Assembly (NCBI GenBank): GCA_964016885.1
Contig: OZ024744.1
Location: 29,512,001 to 29,576,000, forward strand
Reading direction: 5' to 3'
From: Eledone cirrhosa
Lineage: Eukaryota
DNA: 64,000 nt
In this document: positions 1 to 12,851 of the stretch, piece after piece
Position numbering within the stretch: the first letter of the stretch is position 1
Layout of the letters: every line of letters begins with the position of its first letter
The notes under the pieces: model-generated
The model's database searches: none
What the model was told of the DNA's origin: nothing
What the model saw: the letters and a program-made list of their open reading frames with translations, nothing else
Made by a program: the position numbers and the translations under genes

Positions 1-7
1 ATATATA

Positions 8-439
8 GTTAAAAGAATAGAGGTGTAACACACAAGTTATTATATATTGGTAAACGGAATAGAAAATGCTGACAAATTGTTCACAGTTGAAAAATGGTTT
101 AATTAGGAATAAAAGAGTATTAGTGATTGTATGGGTTAGTATACAGTTGTGGTTTTAAGTTTTTAAGTTTTTACCGGTTGCGCATTTCTAAATGCTTTTC
201 AAAAATAATTTTGAGATAGAGTGTCCGTGCTGTTTGCTCTGATCTGAGCAGAGCAAACAACACGGACACTCTATCTCAAAATTATTTTTGAAAAGCATTT
301 AGAAATGCGCAACCGGTAAAGACTTAAAAACTTAAAACCACAACTGAATACTAACCCATACAATCACTAATACTCTTTTATTCCTAATTAAACCATTTTT
401 CAACTGTGAACAATTTGTCAGCATTTTCTATTCTGTTTA

Positions 440-449
<10 letters not shown>
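8..449. mobile_element. Asymmetric ~200-bp-arm palindrome (fold-back PLE-type end) next to (TA)n
   Basis: 41-241 is the reverse complement of 249-449 (few mismatches, ~7-nt loop). Unpaired tail at 8-40. The right arm ends in (TA)n. Confidence 0.7.
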
Positions 450-524
<75 letters not shown>

Positions 525-554
525 GAAAATAGAGAAATTAATATAAGCAAAAAG

Positions 555-1718
555 CCAACAACAATCTATACACTCCGCAGCGCTCCGTGATACACCCAGA
601 CATCTCTCCTCGCTGACCTCGATACTTGTATCCGAGCAGCAGCCGAGGGGATATGCAACGTCAAGTTTGACGACATAGGGTGGTAACAGGCCACTGTACC
701 AGTCAGGTATGGCGGCCTTGGCCTCCGGTCCCCGATCTCACTAGCTTTGCCGGCGTATCTTTCGTCGGTAAACTCGTGCCGCGTCCTCGTCAGCAGGATT
801 CTTCAAAATAACAGAACCCCCTGTGTTCAGAGAACTTGAGGCCGCCTGTGAGACGTGGGACCGGCGGGGACTTAGCCCAGTAGACGTCCCTTCTCCTTCT
901 CCCTCTTTTGACGTCAACTCCCCCCAACACCGCCTTGCTTCTTTTCGTGCGGCCTCCAAACCCCACAGTGGTGCCTGGCTCCATGCCCTGCCCTCCTTCT
1001 CCACTGGCACGCAGCTAGACAACCATAGCCTGCGAATCGGCGTTTCCCTGAGGCTCTGCCTCCGGATCTGCCAGCCACACCAATGTCGCTGCGGTTCCAC
1101 CGTGGGCTCTTTCGGCCTCCACCCGCTTTCCTGTCGCCACAGTGCCGGCCGCATTCCACGCCTTGCTGCCCTCAACGAGGTCATTAAGCATGGCGTGGAC
1201 GCTGCAGGCTTCCCTTCCCAGCTCGAGCCGGTGGGGGTTGATCGATGGGACGGAAAAAGGCCAGATGGCATGACCATCTTCCCGTTCCGCGGTGGCAAAC
1301 CCCTTGTATGGGATGCCACTTGCACCGACACTTTCTGCAGCCGCAACCTGGTGCAGTCTGCGACTGACCCAGGTTCTGCTGCACGTCGGGCTGAGGGGGA
1401 CAAATTCCTCAAATACCGGTCGCTCTCCGACAGGTTTGCGGTTGTACTCCTGGCAGTGGAGACTTCTGGTGTCTTCGGCCCCAGGGCTACCTCCTTACTC
1501 ACCACCAAAGGCGCTGAGCTGGCTAGCCGTAGGTGTGAGCCCCGCGAGTTGGAGTGGCTCTTTCAGCGCGTCTCCCTTGCCGTCCTCCGGAGAAACGCCT
1601 TCTCCATTCTGTCCGTCGGGGCTGTGGGTAGGGCCCATCACGTACCAGTACATTAGTTAAATACCATTCTTTCATCTGATACAACACAATAAAGACTAAA
1701 GTGTTTTAAAAAAAAAAA
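555..1718 (+). mobile_element. 5'-truncated CRE-like non-LTR retrotransposon (RLE type)
   Basis: GC-rich block with a PVRYGGLGL-like remnant upstream of ORF 823-1656. A-run at ~1708-1718. Confidence 0.75.
823..1656 (+). pseudogene. C-terminal part of non-LTR ORF: CCHC zinc knuckle + restriction-like endonuclease
   Basis: HSGAWLHALPS, CRC..GLHPLSC knuckle, KRPDG..LVWDATCTD (PD..D endonuclease core), LAVETSG. Confidence 0.8.
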
Positions 1719-2141
1719 TTCAGACATTTAAGTGACTATAACATCAAGATGAAAAATTTTTAACGTAAGATTTGGGATAAGTAATTCAATCTTATAATCA
1801 AGAAAAAATAGTTAACCGTCAATTTGGGGAAAACTACAAATACACTATATAGTCTTAAAAGTCTATTTCACGAAACTTTTCAGTGGGTTAATCACGGTTG
1901 AGATCGATCTCATATATATATATATATATAAATATAAGTATGTACACGTACATACATATATGTATACAGACGTACAGTAGTATGTACATATATATATACA
2001 TTCATGCACACATATATATATGTACGTATGGATTCACCGAACATTTACTATAATGCTCGATGTGTTTGTAAACAAACATCCCGTATTAAGCCGTAGTGTC
2101 TAGCAACCATCGTTGCTCGTTTGTTCAACACTGACAAAGGA

Positions 2142-2184
2142 ACGCTGTACTAGTTTCAAGCTTATTAGCTATCGTCAGCAACGT
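2142..2184 (-). ncRNA. Type I hammerhead ribozyme
   Basis: Reverse complement of the motif at 2344-2386. Confidence 0.85.
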
Positions 2185-2343
2185 ATACCTTCCTGCCATA
2201 TTGTTGAACGTATATACTTACCTTATGCAAATTAACGGCTGAGTAGCCCAATTTGCATATCGAGTGGGTTAATCGGCCGGGTGCACCGAAAACGATAAAC
2301 GGAAAAAATGAAACGATTGTTCAACAATCTGGCAGGAAGCTAT

Positions 2344-2386
2344 ACGTTGCTGACGATAGCTAATAAGCTTGAAACTAGTACAGCGT
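2344..2386 (+). ncRNA. Type I hammerhead ribozyme (minimal, palindromic stem III)
   Basis: acgttg CTGACGA t-agct-aata-agct-t GAAA ctag TA cagcgt; stem I acgttg/cagcgt. Confidence 0.85.
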
Positions 2387-2647
2387 TCCTTTGTCAGTGT
2401 TGAACAAACGAGCAACGATGGTTGCTAGACACTACGGCTTAATACGGGATGTTTGTTTGCAAAAACACCGAGCATTATAATAAATGTTCGGTGAATCCAT
2501 ACGTACATATATATGTGTGCATGTATGTATATATATATATACATACTACTGTACGTCTGTATACATATATGTATGTACGTGTACATACTTATATTTAAGT
2601 AACAGCCGTACTAAGAGTGGGAAATGAAATTTCGTTTCATTGTTTCC

Positions 2648-2740
<93 letters not shown>

Positions 2741-2745
<5 letters not shown>

Positions 2746-3000
2746 AATAGGATTTCGCTTCGAGCATAGCTTTATACAATATGTATAAGTATTTCGTATC
2801 TCCAAGGAAATACGGTTTTAGGAAGCCGTAGCTATGCAAACACCGGGGGGGGGGGGGGGGGCTAACGCCCTCTGGTGATGTCCAGCAGAAGCAAGAGGGA
2901 CTGCTGCTGCTGGACATCACCAGAGAGCGTTAGCGCCCCGGTGTTTGCATAGCTACGGCTTCCTAAAACCGTATTTCCTTGGAGATACGAAATAATTATA
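2741..3000. repeat. Asymmetric palindrome in (TA)n
   Basis: ~2790-2888 is the reverse complement of ~2907-2994 (G-run expanded in the left arm). Tail at 2741-2789. Confidence 0.75.
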
Positions 3001-3951
3001 TATATATATATATATATTTTATGCGTGCGTGGGTGTGTATATGAATATGCACATATTTATAGGAGTGTATATGAGCCATTGTGTGTGTGTGTGTGTACAA
3101 GTACCCCTGTAGGGAAAGGGCTTGTTTGTGTATATATGTGTGTTTGCGAGCGAGTGTGTATCTGTGCGTGTATATATGTATATATGTATACGGATACGTG
3201 TGTGTATCTGTGTGTGCGTGGGTGGAGGGGGGTCTATGTATATGTCTGTACGTGTTTGTGTGTACGGGTATATATACGCGTGTGCATGTGTATGCACACA
3301 TGTGTGTGTGTATGTTGATGTATATAGGCATGTGGGCATGTGTCTGTGTATGTACGGGCCTCTCTGGATGCATGTATGCGTATGTTTATATGTTTATATG
3401 TTCTCCTTAAATGTGTGTATAGCAGGCGTCTATGCGTACGACTGTCATTATCTCATTATCTATGTGATTATGTGTGTGTATGTGTGTATGTGTGTGTGTG
3501 TGTGTGAGTGCGCGCGTGGTAGTATAAACTACCAAACACAGCAGTAATTTATTGAAATGTAACAGACATGGGACAGACAACGGCCTGATGTCCAGCGGAC
3601 TGGTACCTGTGGTTAGAATTATGATGACGTAGACAACCAGCGGCCAATCACAGGACACGCGAAGAAGATGAAGTTTTTGACGGTATTGGCCCAGAGGGTC
3701 AGATACCCCAGTGAGAGAATATGCTCCGAAATCATTAGATATGTCCGTCAAACCTGCGGGTCCAGAATCAGACAGATCCACACAATGATCGCGTCTCGAG
3801 CTGTCCGCCGGCGAAACAATTGTAACACACAATAAATTGAGTTCTGATGCATCACTGATTTTTCGTTTTCTACTATATCATACTCTGCTCTGTAAGAGCA
3901 TAGAGTGCTCATCTGGCATACCGCCTATGGAAGCATCTTAGCTACCATCAG

Positions 3952-4059
<108 letters not shown>

Positions 4060-4282
4060 GTTTAAATTTGGTGGTTTACCACTGGGTACAATTGATCTTT
4101 CCGCAATGTTAATCATGCGTAATATGAGAAAATCACTCGACGTTATACAACTTATCTATCTTGAATGTTGAATCATGTTCGGGGTGCGTAAACCCGGAGA
4201 CCTCATCATGTGTAAATTGCGTAATAGATGTATACCAACGGAATGATGGAAGGTTTAAGGAAAGAATTAAGTTGCCACATTG

Positions 4283-4329
<47 letters not shown>

Positions 4330-4331
<2 letters not shown>

Positions 4332-5545
4332 AGGGAGTGTAACTTGGAGTTACTGTAGGTTCACCCGGGTAAGCACGCGATGTTACGGTTCACTTCAGTG
4401 ACGAGGGTAAGAGCTAGACAGAGTGTATTATAGTTAAATAAGATAACAAGGACGATTGGTTACTCCTTCATTATGTTTATTGGTTGGTGACGCGCGTTTC
4501 GCCACTGACCAGCTCAAGGTTCGATCTGTATCGATCTGACCTGACTCTGTAATCCACGGCTCATCAGACTCCTTGTAATGTTAATGGAAGAATGAATACA
4601 TGCTGTATGCTAAAGTCAGAAGTTCCAATGGTGGTCAGTAAAGATTGTTTTGATTGGTGGATTAGTTCATAGGGATGTTTTTGCCTGTAGTGTATGTGGG
4701 GGTGAAGGGTGCGACATAATATTTACAAGATATGATCTTACCATGGGTTACATGTTATAGAAGACAAATGTATTGAGTTGAGGGACGGTGTGGAAAAGCA
4801 AAGTTAGTTATCCCTATGTTGGGTCAGGGTTAGTGTTTGGCTCTCGGTCAAATGTTTGTGCAGTGAAGTTGGTCATTCTGGTGTGTCTGCAGTTTATTAT
4901 TATGTCAGATCTTGTGTTTATGGCCGATTTCAATTTAATGATCTCAGCCGCTTCGGCCAGGCATAATCTGCAGTGGTTTTTGTCGTTGGGGAGATGTGCC
5001 ACCCGTCTTTTAATTGACCACTTGATCAGGTATTCCAAGTTCTTGTCTTTGAGGTTCCAGATCAAGTCCGCCAGTTTTGTTTGGGATCGTTTGGGACTAT
5101 GTATGAAGGAGCTTTTGTGGTTATTCAAGCGTTCCTTAAGCGTAGTCGATGTCGCCCCTATGAGTGCTCTTTTTGGCCCGCTATGACACCGCACCGGTAA
5201 ACAATGTTTTTAACGAGGCACTCCTCGTGTAGTGGGCATTCCACCCACCTTTTGCAGTTGCAGTTGGGGGTTATGGGTTTGTTGCTACGTTGTCGGCTAT
5301 ACGTATTCTGTGTGGAGCTGGCACGTAGGTTGTTGTGGTATGTGTGTTGTTTCGTTCTGGGATGTGCTAGTGGTTGTTTGTGGTGCTCTAATGTGTTTGC
5401 GTATTTTTGTCCTATTTGCGTGTGCTATTGTGTCGCCTAGATTTGGTGTTGTGGAGAAGGAGAATTTGACAGTGTGTCTATTAAAGAGCTTGTGGTATTT
5501 ATGTGTGGGTGGGAAGGATTGGTCAAGAATACAGGTATAAATTCA
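4330..5545 (-). mobile_element. 5'-truncated Penelope-like element (GIY-YIG end + 3' region)
   Basis: ORF 4814-5194: ALIGATSTTLKERLNNHKSSF, TKLADLIWNLK, CRLCLAE. Upstream Cys linker and KFSFSTTPNL motif. HHR-like motif downstream. Confidence 0.8.
4486..4571 (-). ncRNA. Hammerhead-like motif with long stem II, weak stem I
   Basis: gt CTGATGA gccg..(~50 nt)..tggc GAAA cgcgcg TC ac. Confidence 0.55.
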
Positions 5546-5576
5546 ACACACGACTTCATATCAAAAACCTCGCAAA

Positions 5577-5614
<38 letters not shown>

Positions 5615-5630
5615 GTAACACAAATACATA

Positions 5631-5689
<59 letters not shown>

Positions 5690-5786
5690 GAACGATCGAC
5701 TTTCGTCAAATCGAACCGAGGGAACAATGTTTCCGTTGGTCTTTCCAATTGCCAATACTATCTATCGGTCGCAACTCCAGGTAGAA

Positions 5787-5907
5787 GGAGCAACGTGAAA
5801 TAAAGTGTCTTGCTCAAGGACATAACGCATCGCCTGGTCCAGGAATCGAACTCACAACCTTACGATTGCGAATCCAATTCTCTAACCACTCAGCCACACG
5901 CCTTCAA
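5787..5907 (-). mobile_element. tRNA-derived SINE (CORE-SINE-like), partial
   Basis: Minus strand: A box TGGCTGAGTGGTT, B box GAGTTCGATTCC, then CORE-like TGTCCTTGAGCAAGACACTT. Confidence 0.8.
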
Positions 5908-6123
5908 CATATATATATATATATATATATAGGATGAAAGGCAAAGTTAACTTAATAATACATATACATACACATATATTAATAACAACAATAATAATAA
6001 TAATAATAATAACAACAATAATAATAACGACAACAACAACAATAATAATATACATATACTTATATACACACACGCACACACATAAACATATCTATCTATA
6101 CACACACACACACACGATAGCAA

Positions 6124-6370
6124 CTAACAGTGCTGCGATCGAATGTGGCTTTTTAGCCCAGCCAATGATCTAAAATGTCTTGCACAGAGTCGGCAATCAA
6201 AACATTCACTGGGAATAGTCGGCTGTGGTTGGAGTTCGTGTACTTTTGCATGTCGCTTGAGCCCTCCTGCTGATTTACATTCTCTACCACATGTTTGGCA
6301 AGCATGATGAGTAGCATCTCTAACAGCAGCCTGGTAGTCAACCACTGGTCTTACTTTATGACTGCGAAGA
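6124..6370 (-). mobile_element. 3' fragment of RTE-type LINE with two C2H2 zinc fingers
   Basis: CQTCGRECKSAGGLKRHAKVH and CRLCARHFRSLAGLKSHIRSQH; resembles the 3' end at ~47570-47640. Confidence 0.65.
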
Positions 6371-6460
6371 TGCATACATATAATAAACACCACAATATAA
6401 TTATTTCAATACGGAAATTTTCGAGAAACTAGATGATTCTTGACAGAAACACCTAGCTCG

Positions 6461-6625
<165 letters not shown>

Positions 6626-6797
6626 CCATAAACCCTCCATCTCAACTTTTGAAAAGCATAAGAACTGTGAAACCGGTAAAGGAAACAAATAAATATTCTT
6701 AAAAAGACTCCAGTTGCATTTTCGATTTCATCTTTTTTCCTTATACTTTCACTTGTGTAGGACATTTTTTCATGTTAAAAAAACCTTATATATATAT

Positions 6798-6989
6798 AAC
6801 GAAGGAGATGTGGTGAGGAACCAGATGAACCATAACGCACCAGAGTATTCAATACTTAGGTTAGTAGAGTGGGTAATAGCAAAAGGTTTAACCCCGACGG
6901 CAGAGCTCAAGCCGTTTCGACGACTATTTCTGGACTCCAGAAATAGGCGACGAAACGGCTTGAGCTCTGACGTCGGGGTTAAACATTTT

Positions 6990-6992
<3 letters not shown>
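6798..6992 (-). mobile_element. Short PLE 3'-end insertion with terminal fold-back hairpin (family copy 1)
   Basis: Homologous to 14953-15129 and 44807-44984. Hairpin ~6888-6982 contains the 3' half of an HHR (GAAA-cggcttgagctctgccg-TC). Confidence 0.7.
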
Positions 6993-7043
<51 letters not shown>

Positions 7044-7195
7044 GGAGGTGAGTTTTATTGTAGTACAATAAAGCAATGCAGATATCGGATAAGAAGCACT
7101 CTACAGTTTGTAAACACAATTATTATTGCATGATGATGTTTGTTTTTGAAATGCGCATAATAAAATACATGGAACTCCTTTAACCATCTTTTGAT

Positions 7196-7246
<51 letters not shown>

Positions 7247-7377
7247 CATATCTCAGTGTGTTTGGCCTTTAACGTATGTTGTAGCTCTGATTCATATGAA
7301 TCATCGAGCGCTTGCCACACATCTCGAAAGTTGTTTTTCGTTAATTCCTGAGCTGAATACGATTCTCGGTAATTTTA

Positions 7378-7433
<56 letters not shown>

Positions 7434-8130
7434 CTAGCAGAATGGCCCGGCGTTGCTCGGGCTTCTAAACATAGATTGGCATGTATATCCCTCCTTTCTG
7501 AAACCGTACAGAGAAGTACAGAATACCTCGGCCTGGGGATGATGTCTACATTTTTGTGCTTAGGCAAATAATTTTCCTTTAAGATTTTTCAAAAGCATGT
7601 AATTGCGTTCTCTCTCTTTTTTTGTGTTTGCTGCTGTTGGTGTGATAGCAGCCGTTGGTGGTACTACTAACACAATCCCGTCCTTCTTCAGCCAATTGTG
7701 TATATCCCCTTTTGCCTCGTCTACCTAAACAATGATTGTAGCACCTCCTTGTACACAATGCTCCTTGTTATTCCGTGTCGGGCATATGCAAAGAGATTTG
7801 TCTTGCTTCCCACTCTTGAGTAGCCAACGTATAGTTGCCCGTGTGAAAAACATGACTCTTCCAAAAGAAGACCAGCAACAGCTAAGGTCAGACACTGGGA
7901 TTTGTTGATAGACATTGCAAAGCTGACACGGTCCGGTGAATGGTTCGTTGGTTGTCTGTTTCAAGTGCTCTTGTGGTGGCATTACGTTCAGCATCTTGCG
8001 ACCGTCGAATAGCAGATTCCACTGACGATTCGTTTGCCACCTTGTTCCTTTTCTTGCCGATTTCGCAGTATTTCGGCCAATGGAGTATCTCTTCCTTCGA
8101 GTCATGACCTAAAAGCAGGACGAAGTACAC
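7434..8130 (-). mobile_element. Internally deleted Helitron
   Basis: 3' end hairpin gcccg..cgggc + CTAG|T at 7434. PIF1 C-terminus FAMSINKSQ..FSHGQLYVGYSRVG (7721-7915) fused to a basic RepHel-like N-terminus. 5' boundary uncertain. Confidence 0.75.
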
Positions 8131-8659
8131 TAAGACTAACTGGTAGAGTAAGGAGTAAGCTCGTCAGTGATACATGTGATTTCCGAACTGTTGACTATGT
8201 AATTGCTGGCCTTGTGCCAAAAGTAGTGGGACTTTTTGAGTGGCATATCGGTAGTAACAATGACGATAAGCCGTCTGTGCTTTCGTGAAATAAATACGTT
8301 TGTTTATATTTTGTTTTTGTGTATGCAAAAATATCTGTACAGAATATATAATTATATATATATATACATTAAAATAACAGATTGAAGTTTAAGCAAAGAA
8401 TCGTTGCTTTCACCCTTAACAGGAACTTCTGAAACTAGAAAATTCAATCTGTGTACGCAGAAGTAAATATTTCGAAAAACGTTGCAACCGAACGAAAACA
8501 GGAAGACGATACTTTGGTTCGTGAAGACGTTCAATGGCAATGAACGGAAAATAGCGAAGATAATACGTCAGCAATAAGAACAATGTTTTCATAATGTCGT
8601 AATGCAGACAGCCAGACATACAGACAGATATTATAAGGGCGCGACGTTATAGCTATATA

Positions 8660-9032
8660 TCTAAACTATAATAAAGGAAGGTATGCGGGATTGCGTACGG
8701 TTTATAATTTTTATCCCTTTAGTAACATAAGTTGGATTACTTTGAATAAATAATAAATGAATATTACATAATTTATCTACTAAATTTCGTGGTTGTTGGT
8801 TAAATATATTTTGTTTATTTAAAGATTCACTTATTTAACATTTCTGAAATGTCAATACTTCCGATTGGCCATCGCTTAAATAAACATACCAATTTTCTCT
8901 CACTAATTTTCTCCTAATGCAGTTTATATATAATATCGTCTTTTTTTAATGTATCCTGAATTACGTTACTGATTAAATAAGACAGTGTAACGCAGTCTTC
9001 GTTCAATTTCTGTGGGGTGGTTTTTCTGCTAG
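8660..9032 (+). mobile_element. Possible short non-autonomous Helitron
   Basis: A|TCTAAACTATAATAAA start and TTCTGCTAG|T end; the subterminal hairpin is weak. Confidence 0.4.
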
Positions 9033-9176
9033 TCTATCTAAAAAGACACTAAGAAAGACAGAGTTCGATAACCGGCACCTAACACCCCTTTAACAACAGA
9101 AAATTGAAAAATACATATATATATGTGTGTGTATACACCCCCCCCCCCACACACACACACACGCACACACACACAT

Positions 9177-9271
<95 letters not shown>

Positions 9272-9297
9272 ATTAGAGAGTGCACAACACAATATAC

Positions 9298-9363
9298 TCC
9301 ATTACCAAAGGTTTCAAGAGCCTAGACAATATTAACATACGTCTAGTTCGTTCATCAGATAAA
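9298..9363 (-). ncRNA. Hammerhead-like motif, partly decayed stem II
   Basis: tttat CTGATGA ..ctagac..gtctag.. GAAA cc-ttt-gg TA atgga. Confidence 0.55.
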
Positions 9364-9815
9364 AAAAGTTATAAATATATGAAAATCGGGAAAGAAAGTG
9401 AAATTTTATTAAAATTGAAAGTGAGGCTGGAAAATATAACGGAATATATACATAAGAAAACATATATATAAAAACATTATATAAAATTATAAAAATTAGG
9501 AAACTCATGTGTACATACATACACAAAGTAAACATGTATGTATATATATATACAGCGAATACATATACGTGTGCACATACATATGCGACAGACACATACG
9601 TATTAACACACTCGCCTACATACGTATACATACGTATAATATATATATACAGATATAATTTTTTTTTTTTTTTTTTTTTTAGTGCATGTTGGTTGTTTGC
9701 TGACACCTCAGTATGCAGATTGGAGCACTCGACGAAGTGCGCAGGTTGGTTTGGTTACTCCGGAGTAATGTAAAATAAACTAAAATAAATAAGTCAAATT
9801 TTGGCTTCGTTTATT

Positions 9816-9870
9816 ACTGCTATATATATTTCGGTGACAGCCATCTTTGGCTGTGACCTCTTCAGGCAGT
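9816..9870 (-). ncRNA. Type I hammerhead ribozyme
   Basis: actgc CTGAAGA ggtcacagcca-aaga-tggctgtcacc GAAA tatata TA gcagt. Confidence 0.85.
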
Positions 9871-12657
9871 CCGAATTAGTGTGGTATAGACGAGTACACA
9901 TGTTGTTGAGGTGTTAACTTTGTCAATACTTTGATATGCCCAGTTCCTGGTTGGGTTGTTATTTCTATGAGGAACTGGAGTCATATGAATTTAAAAACAA
10001 ACGAATTTCAGCGTCAAAGGACATCCTCCCCTTCCATTGGTCAGTTGTAAGAACATTCCTCAGTCAAAAGTCTATAGAAATTCTTTATGAGGTGAGGCAA
10101 TCTGTAATGGTTGTTTTTGTTATTGTTAAGTACATCTGACCTCTACCCTTATGTTGATAGTGGTGTTGGTGCTGGGGTCAGACTTAATTCCCGCTGCTGT
10201 TGATTTTAGTAATGAATGCCTTAGGAAGGACCTAATATACGGATGTAGAGTAAAAACCCCCAACTCTGAACACCTCGACATAGGAGCCACATCAACGAAC
10301 TTTAAAGACCGTTGGTATAACCATCGCCATTCCTTCAACAAGGAGGTCAAAAGGAAAAGTACGGCTCTTTCCGACCTGATCTGGAAGCTTAAGCAGGACA
10401 GGACCTCGTACTCTCTAGCCTGGTCCTAAATCAGGAAAGTACCACCTGATAAAGGAGGATCTGGCATCTGCAAACTATGTCTGAGTGAGACCCTCGAGAT
10501 ACTAAGAGGTGATAAACCTCAGAACCGACTTCTTCGGGACATGTAGACACCTCAGGGCTGGGACCTTCCTCAAGTTATATGGAAAGTAACAACACACTGG
10601 GATGTGAACTCCCCTCAAGCTATAGGGACTTCTCCAGAACATGTAGACACCTCTGGGCCTGACCTCCCTCAAGCTACATGGACAGTAACAACACAATAGG
10701 TTGGAACTCCCCCCAAGCCATAGGGGACCCATCCGGGCAGACACCTCAGGGCCGGGACCTTCCTCAAGCTATACGGATAAAAACAAAACATTGGGATGGG
10801 AACTTCCCTCTAGCTTTAGGACAGCATTCCCACCATATCACTGCCCCGATCGACCCCGGTGACAACACATACCTATGCATATGCCCAAACATGGATACTG
10901 TTATTTAATGTTAAGATTATTTAAGATTGTACATACACAGATACTTACATGTGTGTGTGCGGGTGGGTGGGTGCGCGTGGGCATGTGGGTGGGTGTATGT
11001 AAGTGTACCTGTGTGTATGCGTGTGTGGGTGTGGGGGATTGGAGTGTGGGGGTACGGGAAGGGGGGGGTGAGTGTGTGTGTATGTGTGTGTGTGGGAGTG
11101 TGCATAGGTGATGCAACTGGACCTGTGCCTGTGCGTGTGTGCCTGGAACGATGCGAGTTGACAGATACGAATATGAGCTCCATGCCAAAATGGGAACTGT
11201 AGTCCTCCGCATTTCCCGATTTCGACACCCGGGTTATGGGCTATACACTCCCCCCTTGTCTCACCTGCTCTTAATACGCAACACACCATGATAGTCTAGG
11301 GATTGATTCTGACACAGCCTTTCTAATTTGGCCAGCATCTTCCAAATATTTCTAACTTTGAGATTGGTTATAACACACACATATTTTATTTGAATATCCT
11401 ATTTTATTCTTCTATCATCGTATTCCTTCTACCATTTTATCATTTTTTTTGTTTACTTATTTGCTTATATTATATTATTTTTTCTATCTTATTTTATTTC
11501 ATTTTACTCTACTTTACTTTTTATTTCTTTATTTTATTCTTATCTTTTAGTCTTTTACATTTTCATATCATTCTATTGTTCTCTTCTTTTTTTAATTTTT
11601 AATTTTTATTTTTTAGTTTTTACTTACTTCTTATTTTCTTCATTTTATTGCCTTTTATTTCTTCATATGCTTGCCCCCCTCCCCCCACCACGAGAAATAG
11701 TGGCAGGATGGATGCCAACACACACACAGATCCTCCTAAAATCAGCAGCAGTAAGACTTAAGCTGACCGCAGCACCAACACCAATACCAACATAAGGGTA
11801 GAGGTCAGGCGTACTTAACAATAGCAAAAACAAACACTACAGACCGCCTCACTTCAGAAAGAATTTCTATAGACTTTTGACTGAGGAATGCTCTCACAAC
11901 TGACCAATGGGAGGAGAGGATCTTCCAAATCTTTCTAACTTTGAGATTGGTTATAACACACACACATTTTATTGGATTATCTTATTTTATTCTTTTATCA
12001 TCTTATTCGTTCTACCATTTTATCTTCTTTTTGTTTACTTTTTTGTTTATTTATTTGCTTATATTATCTTGTATTATTTTATTTTAGTCTATCTTATTTT
12101 ATCTTATTTTATTTTACTCTACTTTTCTTTATTTTATTCGTATTTTTTAGTCTTTTACCTTTTCATTTCATTCTAATGTTTTTTTTTTATTATTTATTAT
12201 TTCTTTCTTATTTTTTATTTTCTTCATCTTATTGCCTCTTATTCCTTCATATGCTTGGCACCACCCTCACACGACGAGAAATGGTGGCAGGATAGATGCC
12301 AATACACACACACAGATCCTCCTAAAATCAACAGCAGCAGGAATTAAGTCTGACCCCAGCACCAACACAACTACCAACATAAGGGTAGAGGTCAGATGTA
12401 CTTAACAATAACAAAAACAACCACTACAGATTGCCTCGCCTCAGAAAGAATTTCTATAGACTTTTGGCTGAGGAATGTTCTTACAACTGACCAATGGGAG
12501 GAGAAGATGTCCTTTGACGCTGAAATTCGTTTGTTTAATTTCATATGACTCAGTTCCTCATAGAAACAACAACCCACCCAGGAACTGGGCATATCAGCGT
12601 ATTGAAAAAGTTAACACCTCAACAACATGTGTACTCGTCTCTACCACACTAATTCGG

Positions 12658-12712
12658 ACTGCCTGAAGAGGTCACAACCAAAGATGGCTGTCACCGAAAT
12701 ATATATAGCAGT
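12658..12712 (+). ncRNA. Type I hammerhead ribozyme
   Basis: Inverted copy of 9816-9870 with one extra stem II mismatch. Confidence 0.8.
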
Positions 12713-12764
12713 AATAAACGAAGCCAAATTTTAAATATTTGACTTATTTATTTATTTTAGTTTG

Positions 12765-12849
<85 letters not shown>

Positions 12850-12851
<2 letters not shown>

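Larger units (their letters stand above)
1930..2650. mobile_element. Non-autonomous PLE-type inverted repeat carrying two hammerheads
   Basis: ~1930-2208 is the reverse complement of ~2320-2596, with a ~110-bp spacer and a tail at 2597-2650. (TA)n on both sides. Confidence 0.75.
9659..12766 (+). mobile_element. Penelope-like element, 5'-truncated, with inverted pseudo-LTR
   Basis: GIY-YIG remnant ~10210-10545 (LIYGC..DIGATSTNFKDRWYNHRHSF..TALSDLIWKLK). ~9775-10209 is the inverse of ~12322-12766. Poly(T) at 9659-9680. ~583-bp internal tandem duplication (starts ~11337 and ~11920) and three ~99-bp repeats at 10540-10820. Confidence 0.85.

Noticed and set aside
741-1508. 255-aa minus-strand ORF and similar antisense ORFs over the RTE
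   Set aside because: Shadow frames of GC-rich retrotransposon coding sequence
5787-5907. tRNA gene (also 44352-44440)
   Set aside because: A/B boxes are present but there is no complete cloverleaf, and the sequence continues into repeated SINE bodies
6124-6393. Host C2H2 zinc-finger gene
   Set aside because: No TGEKP linkers; resembles the C-terminal fingers of RTE LINEs in this window
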